A DNA stretch of 64,000 bases. Source: an uncultured delta proteobacterium. Its GTDB lineage: Bacteria; Myxococcota_A; UBA9160; SZUA-336. The DNA lies in NCBI GenBank assembly GCA_963704165.1, contig CAVPHD010000001.1, positions 192,001 through 256,000 on the forward strand. Direction: 5' to 3'. The notes under the pieces are model-generated. The model worked only from the letters and a program-made list of their open reading frames with translations, was not told where the DNA came from and made no database searches. A program made the translations under genes and the position numbers. Shown piece by piece: positions 1 to 9,324 of this stretch. Every line of letters begins with the position of its first letter. Within the stretch, counting starts at the first letter, position 1.

Positions 1-1217
1 GCAGGAGTCTGCTTCTCGACGTCGATGCGGAGCTCGCGCTGGCGTTGGCGGCGGAGCTCACGCGCGCGTCGGATCTCGCCGGCGAGCTCTACCTCGACCG
101 AGCGCGCGCGCAGAAGTTCGCGCAGGCGCGAAACCTCGAGCTCGATCTCGCGTTGCTGTCCCGAGGCCGGCTCGTAGAAGACGACTCGTTCCGCGACCTG
201 ACGCCCGCCACCGACCCCGATCGCGGTCACCGTCACCAGGTTTCGACCGACGACGAGCGGAACGAAGCCGTCGAAGCTGCCGTCGGCGAGCAGGCGGATC
301 GCGCGACCGGGCTGACGGGTCGTCTGGTTCTCGAACTCGACCTCCGCGACTTCGGAGAGCTCCACGGCGGGTAGATGGAAGAGCACCTCGCCGGGTCGTT
401 CGATCTCGGTGAGCGATCCGTTCGAGACGCGCGACATCAGATCGAGCACGTCCCGACCGCGCACGGCTTCGGGACCGAGCGCGAAGCTGTGGATGTGCAT
501 GTCGGTCTCGCCCGCCGAGCGCGCGGCCGCGATCGCGGCCCGACCGGGGTTCGGTTCGGGCGGCGGCAGGGTCGGGTAGCCATCGGACAGGAACAAGATG
601 CTGCGCTTCCGGCCGGCCTTGCCGTCGTCCGGCGCGTCGAGCAGCGCCTGGCGTGCGACCGTCAGGGCGGCGGCGTAGTTCGTGCCGCCGTACCAGCCGT
701 GGCGCAGGTCGAGCGTGTCGAGCGCCGCGTCGACCTGTGCACGCGTCGCGACGAGCGGAGCGACGAGCTCCGCCCGATCGCCGAATGCGATCAACGCCAC
801 GCGCGTTCGCTCCGGATTGAGCAGTTTCAACAATCGGCGCACGGCCGCGAGTTCAGCCGCTGCGATCGTGTCGCCGGGGTCGTCGCAGAGAAGCTCGGGG
901 GATGCGGAGCCCCAGTAGTCCTCGCGAATCTCGGGGCTCGACTTCCCGACCACTCCGTTCTCGTTCACATCGACGCCCGATCGCAGGCGGGTGCTGGCGG
1001 AGAGGTCGATCACGACCGCGACATCGTGGTAGTGCAGGCGCCCGGCGCCGGTCGAACCATCGACCTCGATCATCGCGAGCGGAAGCCGCTGCACGATTCC
1101 GTCGCCGGGTTTGCGCAGATCGATCCAGACCTGCTCATCGCCGGAGGCGTCCGTCTGCGCGCCCGCATCGGCGGCCGCGACCGCTCCGAGTACGAGCACC
1201 ACGCCTACGAGTCGCAT
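1..1217 (-). CDS. Secreted VWA domain-containing protein (3' end outside window)
   Basis: Hand translation; absent from ORF track because no stop lies in the window. Signal peptide MRLVGVVLVLGAVAAADAGA, MIDAS motif VIDLSAST, GGTNYAAAL, ILFLSDG. Confidence 0.85.
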   Translation of the reverse strand, partial: MRLVGVVLVLGAVAAADAGAQTDASGDEQVWIDLRKPGDGIVQRLPLAMIEVDGSTGAGRLHYHDVAVVIDLSASTRLRSGVDVNENGVVGKSSPEIREDYWGSASPELLCDDPGDTIAAAELAAVRRLLKLLNPERTRVALIAFGDRAELVAPLVATRAQVDAALDTLDLRHGWYGGTNYAAALTVARQALLDAPDDGKAGRKRSILFLSDGYPTLPPPEPNPGRAAIAAARSAGETDMHIHSFALGPEAVRGRDVLDLMSRVSNGSLTEIERPGEVLFHLPAVELSEVAEVEFENQTTRQPGRAIRLLADGSFDGFVPLVVGRNLVTVTAIGVGGGRQVAERVVFYEPASGQQREIELEVSRLRELLRARSVEVELAGEIRRARELRRQRQRELRIDVEKQTP

Positions 1218-1274
1218 CACCACGATCGGGAGATTCCTCGCGTTCCTTGGGAGTCGCGTACTATACGCAACGCG

Positions 1275-2072
1275 ATGCTCGGACCCAGTCTCGGACGCCT
1301 CGTCGTTGCTTTGATTCTACTCGTGCCGTCGCTCGCGTTCGCGCAAGCCGATGCGGATCCGCTGGCCGAGGCGCGGGCCTGCGCGCGCCGCAACCTGCCG
1401 ACGACGACGCTGGAGCTGCGTGCGACCTTCACGAAGGTCGATCGAGTCGGCGGCGAACGCACGAGCCGCGCGAAGGTGATCGGAAAGAAGCTCGACGACG
1501 GGCTTCAGCGAGCGGTGCTCCGCTTCGATCGGCCCAACGACATCCGCGGCACCGCCATGCTGATGATCGAGAATCCGAGCGGACCGAGCGAGTTCTACGT
1601 CTACACGCCGGCACAGAAGCGAGTGCGGCGGATCTCGGGGCGTAGCTCCGGGGGTCTGTTCGGTACCGACTTTTCCTACGACGACTTCGAGAACTGGCGC
1701 GGATTCTCCGAACGCAGCAAGACCGAACGCCTGCCCGACGCCGTCGAAGCCGAGCGAACGGTGTACGTGCTCGCGGGCGAGCCGCCGCCCGAGGACGAAT
1801 CGAGCTACGAGCGAGTCGTCAGCTACGTCGATCGCGAGACCTGCGTCGTGATCCGCATCGACTCCTACGAACCGGGCGGGAAGCTGCGCAAGGTCCTGCG
1901 CGCGGATCCGGCGTCGGTCGAGAGAAGCGGAGTCATCTCGATCGCGCGCGCGATCGAACTCGAGGACGTGCTCGACGGCACCCACACGAAGGTCGCGATC
2001 GAGTCGATCACGATCGACGGCGACCTTCCCGACCGGATGTTCCGGCAGACCGACCTCGCCTCCGGCAGGTAG
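1275..2072 (+). CDS. Outer-membrane lipoprotein-sorting (LolA-like) protein
   Basis: C-terminal part of ORF 375..2072; signal peptide, motifs FDRPNDIRGTAML, YTPAQKRVRRI, FGTDFSYDD. Confidence 0.8.
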   Translation: MLGPSLGRLVVALILLVPSLAFAQADADPLAEARACARRNLPTTTLELRATFTKVDRVGGERTSRAKVIGKKLDDGLQRAVLRFDRPNDIRGTAMLMIENPSGPSEFYVYTPAQKRVRRISGRSSGGLFGTDFSYDDFENWRGFSERSKTERLPDAVEAERTVYVLAGEPPPEDESSYERVVSYVDRETCVVIRIDSYEPGGKLRKVLRADPASVERSGVISIARAIELEDVLDGTHTKVAIESITIDGDLPDRMFRQTDLASGR

Positions 2073-2081
2073 GCAGACCCG

Positions 2082-2819
2082 CTAGCGCCGGACGTTCGCG
2101 GTGTTCGCGTCGTCGAAGTGGAAGGCGACGAGGTTCTGCTCGACCGATGTCCAGAACCACTGGGCGTTGTTCCGCGAGACGCTGCGAATCAGGCCGACGC
2201 CGCGCGCGTAGTAGTCCTCGTAGCTGTGCAGGGGTCGGTGCATGTCCCACTCCAGATCCCACTGCTGACTGCGAACGACGATCACGTCGTCGAAGCTGCC
2301 CGCCGGGACGCTCACCCGGCCGGCGGATTCGACCTCGGCCGTCCAGGCCTGACCGGCGCTCCCGGATTCGCGGAAGATCTCGGTGCGGTCGCTCCAGCTC
2401 TGACCCGGCGAGGGATCGACGGGCAGGAACGACATGCCCTCGCCACCGAAGATGCGAACCTGACCGTCCGCCTCGAGCGAGACGGCAGCGATGCGCGTCA
2501 GGTACCCGTCGGCGACGCGATAGCCCACGAGCCCTTCGGGCTCGAGTCCGTAGATCCGCCCGGAGAGCTGCTCCTCCATCAAAAAGAGCCGCTCGTCCGA
2601 GCCGCGAATCACGTGTTCGCCGCGCGCGGTCACGTCGAGCCGCGTGCTTCGCGAGAAGAAGCCTGCGCGAAGCTCGTATCGCCAGTGCCCACCGTTCTCG
2701 AGCGGGAAGTACTCTCGCGACGCCGCACCGGATGCGCGCTCCGGCGCGTCGCTCGCGCAGCCCGTGGAGCCGAGCCACGCGAACACCAGCACGGACAACG
2801 CGACTCCTCGACCCGTCAT
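2082..2819 (-). CDS. Hypothetical lipoprotein
   Basis: Lipobox STGC; motifs YFPL..G..WRY, VSVPAGSF, YYARGVGLIR. Confidence 0.75.
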   Translation of the reverse strand: MTGRGVALSVLVFAWLGSTGCASDAPERASGAASREYFPLENGGHWRYELRAGFFSRSTRLDVTARGEHVIRGSDERLFLMEEQLSGRIYGLEPEGLVGYRVADGYLTRIAAVSLEADGQVRIFGGEGMSFLPVDPSPGQSWSDRTEIFRESGSAGQAWTAEVESAGRVSVPAGSFDDVIVVRSQQWDLEWDMHRPLHSYEDYYARGVGLIRSVSRNNAQWFWTSVEQNLVAFHFDDANTANVRR

Positions 2820-2872
2820 CGGCGCTGATGATAGCGCCTTGCCCCGACCCGAGCGCGTGTCACCCTGTGCGG

Positions 2873-3085
2873 ATGCTCCTTCGATTCATTCTCACGACGT
2901 TCGTCGTGATCGCATGCGGCTGCGCCTCGCCCGCGGACATGGCCAAGGCCAAGCTCGGAAGCGGGAAGTGTGCGGACCGGGCCGAGCAACGCTGCGAGGA
3001 GGACCTCGCCAGCTCCGATCGCCTCGCCTGCCTGAAGCGCGAGATCTACTTGTGCGAAGAGCTCGAGAAGACGAAGTCGCCCTGA
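2873..3085 (+). CDS. Small four-Cys lipoprotein, 70 aa (paralog A)
   Basis: MLLRFILTTFVVIACGC signal/lipobox; Cys motif shared with 3101..3328. Confidence 0.75.
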   Translation: MLLRFILTTFVVIACGCASPADMAKAKLGSGKCADRAEQRCEEDLASSDRLACLKREIYLCEELEKTKSP

Positions 3086-3100
3086 GCTCGCGAGCCGCGA

Positions 3101-3328
3101 TCACGGCCGCGGCGTCTCGTCCTGCTGCTCGAGCAGCTCGCAGCGGTACGTCTCGCGCTTGACGCAGGTCGCGAGGTCCGCGGAACCGAGGTTCTCCTTG
3201 CAGAACGCCTCGGCGTGGCGCGAGCACGGCGTCTCGGGCTCCTTCGCGAGCGGCGTGAAGTCCCCACCGCGGAACGAGCAACCCGCGCTGAGCGCCACGA
3301 TGACGAGGGCGTTCGAGATCCTGATCAC
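3101..3328 (-). CDS. Small four-Cys lipoprotein, 75 aa (paralog B)
   Basis: GTG start overlaps the YihY-family stop (GTGA); lipobox LSAGC; same Cys motif as 2873..3085. Confidence 0.75.
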   Translation of the reverse strand: MIRISNALVIVALSAGCSFRGGDFTPLAKEPETPCSRHAEAFCKENLGSADLATCVKRETYRCELLEQQDETPRP

Positions 3329-4179
3329 TCCGCGAGCCTCCGTGAGCCGTACCTGCGCGAATAGACCTCGGTGAACTCCGCCCCGAGAAACAGGAGCTGC
3401 GCCGAATAGTAGACCCAGAGCAGAACCAGAACGAGCGAGCCCGCGGCGCCGTACACGGAGGTCACGCCCGTGCGTCTGAGGTAGATCCCGAGCAACGACT
3501 TCCCGATCGTGAACAGAAGCGCGGTGATCGTTGCACCGAGCCAGACGTCTCGAAATCCGATGCGCGCGTCGGGCAGGAACTTGAAGATCATCGCGAACAG
3601 CGCCACGACGATCGCGAACGAGACCGCGACGTTGATGCTCGAGACGAGCATGGACGGGACGGTGAAATGCTCTTCGATCACGCCCTCGAGAGCGGATATC
3701 GATGCCGAGAACGCGAGCGAGGCGAACAAGAGCAGCCCGATCGAGAGAACCATCGAGAAGCTCACGGCCCGCCGCCGGAGTTGCCTCACCCACCCGCTCC
3801 GCTCGACGAGATCCGCCTTCCAGATGCGATTCAATGCCCGCTGAAGCTGACCGAACGCGCCCGATGCACCGAAGAACATCGTCACGAGGCTGATCACCGT
3901 GGCGACCACGCCCGACCTCGGCTCGCTCGCACGCTCGATCATGGTCTCGATCAGGTCGGCGCCGGACTTTCCGATCGTGCTCTCGATCTGGCCGACGATC
4001 TCTCCTTGCGCCGCGGCGCGGCCGAAGACCAGTCCTGCGATCGCGATCGCGAGCACGAACAGCGGCGCCATCGCGAAGGTCGTGTAGTAGGCGAGCGCAG
4101 CACCGAGCGTCATTGCGTCGTCGCTCGACCATTTCTGCGCGACCTCGCGGAAGAACGGGCCGATCGAGGAGAGCTTCAT
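3325..4179 (-). CDS. YihY/virulence factor BrkB family membrane protein
   Basis: GAALAYYTTFAMAP, YGAAGSLVLVLLWVYYSAQLLFLGAEF. Confidence 0.92.
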   Translation of the reverse strand: MKLSSIGPFFREVAQKWSSDDAMTLGAALAYYTTFAMAPLFVLAIAIAGLVFGRAAAQGEIVGQIESTIGKSGADLIETMIERASEPRSGVVATVISLVTMFFGASGAFGQLQRALNRIWKADLVERSGWVRQLRRRAVSFSMVLSIGLLLFASLAFSASISALEGVIEEHFTVPSMLVSSINVAVSFAIVVALFAMIFKFLPDARIGFRDVWLGATITALLFTIGKSLLGIYLRRTGVTSVYGAAGSLVLVLLWVYYSAQLLFLGAEFTEVYSRRYGSRRLAE

Positions 4180-4183
4180 CGGG

Positions 4184-5690
4184 TCACCAGTAGCGCCGCC
4201 TGCGCCGACGTGTACCGAGAAGCGCGCCGAGCAAGCCGCGCGTGAGCGCGTTCGCGACGGTGCGCGCGAGTGGAGAGTTGAGGATCTCGGACAGGGAAGT
4301 CCCCTCCCCCGGCCTCTCGTCTCGGGACTCCGAGCTCTCGCCGTCCCGGGAAGGAACGGGCCGGCTCAGCTTCTCGTGCGCACTCTCGCGATCGATCGCC
4401 TGCCGGTACTTCTTCACCTGGGGCGTCGCGAACAGCGCGTGCCGCTCCGCGTCGGAGAGCAGGCCCATTCGCGATGCGGGCGGAATCAACCGGGTCGCGA
4501 ACGGCTGCGTGGGTGCACCGTTCGCAGCGAGCGCGCTGATCAGCGCCTCGCCGGTGCCGAGCGTCGTGAGCGTCTCCTCGATGTCGTAGAACGCGGTCTT
4601 CGGAAACGTCCGCGCGGCCGCGCGCAGGGCCTTGTCGTCGTCCGGCGTGAACGCGCGAAGTGCGTGCTGCACGCGCGTACCGAGCTGTCCGAGTATCTCC
4701 GGCGGGAACGTCCTTCGGATTCTGGGTGACGAAGAAGATGCCCACGCCCTTGGAGCGGATCAGCCGCACGACCTGCCCGACCTGGTCGAGGAAGGCCGGA
4801 CTCGCGTTGCGAAAGAGCAGGTGCGCCTCGTCGAAGAAGAACACGAGCCTGGGCTTGGGCGGATCGCCGAGCTCGGGCAGCTCGGCGAAGAGCTGCGCGA
4901 GCAGCCACATCATGAAGGTCGAGAACAGCGCCGGCTTGTCCTGTACGTCCTCGAGGGCGAGGATGCTCACCACACCTCTTCCGTCCGGCACGACTCGCAA
5001 GAGATCGTCGAGATCGAGCTCCGGCTCGCCGAAGAACGCGAGCGCGCCCTGCTGCTCGAGCTCGACCATCTCGCGCAGCAACACGCCCACCGTCGCCTTC
5101 GACATGCCACCGAGCGCGGCGAGCTCGCCGGCCCCGGCACCCGACAGATGCTGCAGGACCGTGCGCAGGTCCGCGAAGTCGAGAAGCTCGAGTCCGCGGT
5201 CGTCGCAGTACTTGAAGACGAGCGAGAGCACGCTCGTTTGCGTCTGGTTCAGGTCGAGAACCTTCGCGAGCAGGAGCGGACCGAACGACGAGACCGTCGC
5301 GCGGATCTGCGCGCCCAGGCCACCGGTCAGGCTGAAGAACTCCACCGGACAGGCCCGCGCCTGCCAGTCGAAGCCGGTCTCTCTCGCGCGCGCGGTCACC
5401 CGCTCGCTCGCTTCCCCCGGCGCGGCGATCCCCGCGAGATCCCCCTTGAGATCGGCGAGGAAGACGGGCACGCCCGAACGCGAGAGCTGCTCCGCCATCA
5501 GCTGCAGTGTCTTCGTCTTGCCCGTACCCGTCGCGCCGGCGACGAGTCCGTGTCGGTTCAGGATCGAGAGTGGAACGCGCACGAGCGGTTCGGGGTGGGC
5601 CTGGCGTCCGTCGAGCAGCGCACCGAGCACGATCGAGTCCGCCGCATCGGGGAAGCTCGTGCGCGCAGCGTCGATCAGCTTCGGGTCCAT
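4184..5690 (-). CDS. DUF853/YjgR-family HerA-like ATPase; one frameshift near 4705
   Basis: NRHGLVAGATGTGKT Walker A, FFDEAH Walker B, VTQNP; C-terminal QHALRAFTP continues in ORF 4184..4672. Confidence 0.9.
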
Positions 5691-5717
5691 CGCGAGTCCT
5701 TCCGGATCTAACGCCGA

Positions 5718-6248
5718 TTATATGGGTCGCTGATCCGCGAGTAGATCGATCGCGGCACGCCGGACGCAATCCTCGAACGAGGCGAGCGAGCGGAGCGGAT
5801 CATCCGGTTTCGACTCCGCTCGCACCACGGATGCGATCGGCCCTTCGATCATCAGATTGTCGCAGAGGCCGAACTCCTCGAGCAGGAGCCCGTCGGGTCG
5901 GACGCGGCGCGCGTAGTCGCGCGGATCGTTGCTGTAGCCGAACACGCGTTTGCCTCTGCCGTGCAGATAGCCGACCTCGAAGGCGGTTCCGACGTCCGCG
6001 CTCGGCCCGCGAAACGGCGTGAGATTCGCGATGCCCGCGTCGCATTCGTCCATGAGGCGGATCATTGCCGCGAAGAGGTGCATGGCCTGCGCTCGCGGCT
6101 CGAGTCCATCGGGCAGGGTCGCGACGTCGAGGGGGTGGTGACCGGCGAGACCATGCGCGCGGCAGATCACCTTCTTACGCTCGGCCAGAGCGCGCGCATC
6201 GGGCAGGAACACGTCCGGGCCGGCGAGATAGACGCGCGGGGATCGCAT
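5718..6248 (-). CDS. Nucleoside 2-deoxyribosyltransferase family protein
   Basis: VYLAGPDVF, ANLTPFRGPSADVGTAFEVGY, DNLMI. Confidence 0.88.
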   Translation of the reverse strand: MRSPRVYLAGPDVFLPDARALAERKKVICRAHGLAGHHPLDVATLPDGLEPRAQAMHLFAAMIRLMDECDAGIANLTPFRGPSADVGTAFEVGYLHGRGKRVFGYSNDPRDYARRVRPDGLLLEEFGLCDNLMIEGPIASVVRAESKPDDPLRSLASFEDCVRRAAIDLLADQRPI

Positions 6249-6304
6249 CCTCCCATCATATCCGCACCGATCCGGGCCAGGATACGCGCCGAATAGATCC
6301 GGAA

Positions 6305-6664
6305 ATGCAGGTCGAGCGCTACTCGAGCGGCTGCGGCGCCGTCGTGACCGGGATCGATCTCGCCTGGTTCCCGGACGCGGAGCTGCCCGAGCTTCAACGC
6401 TCGGGACGCTGCGTGCGAAGCACTCCAATCGCCACCTGTACGGAGCGAGCGGTTGCTACCGCAAGACGGATCTCGCATCTCAGCTGAAGGGTGACGAAGG
6501 CGTTGGTGACGCGTCCGGAGTTCACCTGTCGCTTCCGCTGGTCACCGGGCTCCATCGCGTTCTCGGACGATTGCTGTACCTGGCACTTCGCCGTCAACGA
6601 CGACCACGGCAGCCGCCGCCTCATGCACCGGATCACCCTGGCGGGAACGGCCCTGTCCGGCTGA
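6305..6664 (+). pseudogene. TauD/TfdA dioxygenase remnant (internal deletion, in-frame stop)
   Basis: N-terminus MQVERYSSGCGAVVTGIDLA; stop at 6485-6487; same-frame C-terminus PEFTCRFRWSPGSIAFSDDCCTWHFAVNDDHGSRRLMHRITLAG. Confidence 0.75.
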
Positions 6665-7229
6665 GATCTCCGACCATCGCGGCTGCGATCGGCACCTTCG
6701 CGCTTCCGAACGGTCCCGGGAATCCCGTGAGCGTGCGCGTCGCGGGGCTCGCGTAGAACATCAATACGGCGAGCGACTTCACGCCCTTGAAGACGTCGCG
6801 GAACAGGTCGATGCGCGAGCGCATCAACGCGTCGAGCACGTGGTCCTGGGAGCTTCCGTCGAGCGACGTGAAGGGCCGGAGCTTCGGCACGAGCGGCCAC
6901 GGCGCCCATTCGAGTACGGCCAGGGCCGCGGCGAGCGTTGCGGCGATCGAGGGATTGCGCGAAGCGAAGTCGTCCGCCGCGCGCGCCGGATCGACCTCGC
7001 GCGCGCGGATCAGCTCCGCACCGCGCGGTCCGACGATTCGTGAGGCGGCGGCATTGAACGTGGCGTATGCGCGCGGGGTGAAGACGAGAAGACCCGGAGT
7101 CGGATCGGTCGCACCCGCGCAGGCGACGGGCAGGATTCCGAGCGCGGCCGCCGTTCCGGCCAGACGCAGGAATGCGCGCCGATCGAGGGTCGCGAGATCG
7201 CGAACGACCGCACGCTCGGCCGGAGTCAT
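6633..7229 (-). CDS. Tat-signal partner subunit of a GMC dehydrogenase (gluconate 2-dehydrogenase subunit 3-like)
   Basis: DRRAFLR twin-arginine motif; FYA...GFPGP C-terminus; start overlaps the GMC stop. Confidence 0.7.
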   Translation of the reverse strand: MTPAERAVVRDLATLDRRAFLRLAGTAAALGILPVACAGATDPTPGLLVFTPRAYATFNAAASRIVGPRGAELIRAREVDPARAADDFASRNPSIAATLAAALAVLEWAPWPLVPKLRPFTSLDGSSQDHVLDALMRSRIDLFRDVFKGVKSLAVLMFYASPATRTLTGFPGPFGSAKVPIAAAMVGDLSRTGPFPPG

Positions 7230-8695
7230 CGGATCTCCGAGGCGACGCGCAGCGCGTTCGCCATGATCGTGACCTGCGGATTCACTCCCGTGTTGGTCGG
7301 AAGCGCCGATGCATCGCTCACCCAGATCCCCTTCACACCGCGCACGCGCCCGGCAGCGTCGCAGGTGCTCGTTCGCGGATCGCCGCCCATCACTGCGCCG
7401 CCGAACAAGTGGACGGCGTAGATCAGCGACGTGTCTCGCGTGGTGAGCGAGCGGGACTCGAGCAACGCCAGGTCGCTCTCGCGCGTGACGGGTGCGAGAT
7501 CGTTGACGGGCAGAAAGACCCGCTCGGCGCCGGATGCGAGGTAGGCGCGCGCGAGTGCGAGCATGCCCGTACGCGCTCGGTCGAGATCGCCGCGCGTGAA
7601 CACGTACGAGATCTTCGGCGGGTCTTCACCGTCGAGCTCGAGCGTTCCGCGGCTCTGATCGCGAAGTACGACGACCGCGCGCGCCAGGTGCGGGAGCGAC
7701 TCCATCGGCTCGGCGAGCGTCGATCCGAATCCGGGCAGTCCGCTCGCGGTCGTGAGCGGCATCGCTCCGACGTTCTCGAGCATCAGCCCCGGACCGCGAA
7801 ACCCGTTCACGTCCGAGAACTCGCTGACCGCGTACGACATCGTCGGTCCGTAATACGCGTGGACCGGTTCGGCGAAGCGCGCCGTGACGTACACGCTCGA
7901 GTGGAACTGAAGCCCCGCGCCCGCGTTCTCGCCGAGCGCGCTCTTCTGCAGGAGCGCGGGCGTAGCGAGCACGCCCGCGGCGAGGATCACGCGAGGCGTC
8001 TCGACCCGCAGCGCGCCGATCGTCTCGCGGGTCGTCGGATCGAGCAACGTCGCCTGGACGGCGCGGACTTGTCCCGCCGCCGCCTCGATTCGCGTGACGA
8101 GCGCGTTCGCGATCACGCGGGCACCCGCCCGCTCCGCGCGCGGAATCCAGGTCACCAGCGAGGATTGCTTCGCACCGGTCGGACATCCGAGGTTGCAGAG
8201 ACCGAGATTCGCGCAGCCCCGCACGTTGCGCGCCATCGCTCGTCCCGCCCAGCCCAGCCGCTCGGCGCCACGCTCGAGCGCGCGGGCATTCTTGTTCGTG
8301 TGCGCGAGATCGGTCGGCTCGGCGCCGATCTCCGTGAGCACCGCGTCGACGAAGCCCGAATACGTCCCATCGTCGATCGACGCGAGACCGTGCTCCCGAC
8401 GCCACTGGTCGAGCACCTCCGTCGGAGTCGGCCAGCACAGCGCATCGTTCACGACGGTCGAGCCACCGACGCAGGCGCCTGCGTAGATCTCGTGCCCGCT
8501 GTCGCCCGCGCGGGTGGCCTTCAGCAGCCGGCCGATCATCTCGGACTCGTCGCCGCTGAAGTCCCGCGTCTCGTAGCGCGGTCCGGCTTCGAGCACGATC
8601 ACGTCCAGCCCGGCCTCGGCCAGGGAGGCGGCCGCGGGCCCGCCGCCCGCTCCGCTCCCGATCACGACCGCGTCCGCACGCAGCTTCGAATCCAC
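7226..8695 (-). CDS. GMC family oxidoreductase
   Basis: VIGSGAGGG, CVGGSTVVN, C-x4-C-x2-GCP, HLFGG, GVNPQVTIMA. Confidence 0.92.
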   Translation of the reverse strand: MDSKLRADAVVIGSGAGGGPAAASLAEAGLDVIVLEAGPRYETRDFSGDESEMIGRLLKATRAGDSGHEIYAGACVGGSTVVNDALCWPTPTEVLDQWRREHGLASIDDGTYSGFVDAVLTEIGAEPTDLAHTNKNARALERGAERLGWAGRAMARNVRGCANLGLCNLGCPTGAKQSSLVTWIPRAERAGARVIANALVTRIEAAAGQVRAVQATLLDPTTRETIGALRVETPRVILAAGVLATPALLQKSALGENAGAGLQFHSSVYVTARFAEPVHAYYGPTMSYAVSEFSDVNGFRGPGLMLENVGAMPLTTASGLPGFGSTLAEPMESLPHLARAVVVLRDQSRGTLELDGEDPPKISYVFTRGDLDRARTGMLALARAYLASGAERVFLPVNDLAPVTRESDLALLESRSLTTRDTSLIYAVHLFGGAVMGGDPRTSTCDAAGRVRGVKGIWVSDASALPTNTGVNPQVTIMANALRVASEIR

Positions 8696-8748
8696 GCGCC
8701 CATCTTATCCGCAACGAGTGAGCGAACGGGCTCTGCTAAGCTCGCGGC

Positions 8749-9291
8749 GTGCGATTCGAGCCGACGGCCCTGCCCGACGTGATCCTGATCGAGCCACGCG
8801 TTCACCGGGATCCGCGCGGCTTCTTTCTCGAGAGCTACCACGCACCGCGCTTCGCCGAAGGCGGGATCGACGCGCTCTTCGTGCAGGACAATCACTCGCT
8901 CTCCACGCAGGGAACCCTCCGCGGTCTGCACATGCAGCGCCGATTCGGGCAGGGGAAGCTGATCCGCTGCACCCAAGGAGAGATCTTCGACGTCGCGGTG
9001 GACGCGCGGCCCGGCTCGAAGACGTTCGGGCATTGGGTGGGCGAAACCCTTTCCGCCGAGAACTTCCGCCAGCTCTGGGTTCCACCGGGATTTCTGCACG
9101 GCTTCTGCGTGGTCTCTGCGACGGCGCAGGTCGAGTACAAGTGCACGGAGGTCTATCACCCCGAGGACGAGCTCGGCGTGATCTGGAACGACCCCGCGAT
9201 CGGCATCGCCTGGCCGATCGCCGCACCGCTGCTCTCCGCGAAGGACTCCGCGCTGCCTCGGCTGCGCGAGATCGAGTCGCGGCTGCGCTAG
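8749..9291 (+). CDS. rfbC: dTDP-4-dehydrorhamnose 3,5-epimerase
   Basis: [49 protein letters not shown]. Confidence 0.96.
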   Translation: MRFEPTALPDVILIEPRVHRDPRGFFLESYHAPRFAEGGIDALFVQDNHSLSTQGTLRGLHMQRRFGQGKLIRCTQGEIFDVAVDARPGSKTFGHWVGETLSAENFRQLWVPPGFLHGFCVVSATAQVEYKCTEVYHPEDELGVIWNDPAIGIAWPIAAPLLSAKDSALPRLREIESRLR

Positions 9292-9324
9292 CCGAGAACC
9301 ACGTAGCCGGGGCATGCTAGTCGC

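Noticed and set aside
4695..4715. Programmed frameshift in the DUF853 gene
   Set aside because: No slippery heptamer; a single extra base in a GC run is better explained by error or mutation
4184..6248. HerA-like ATPase beside a nucleoside deoxyribosyltransferase as an anti-phage system
   Set aside because: The ATPase has DUF853/YjgR motifs; there is no Sir2, nuclease partner or defence-island context
6485..6487. TGA as selenocysteine or readthrough in the TauD remnant
   Set aside because: The gene lacks its catalytic core and the site is not a conserved Cys position
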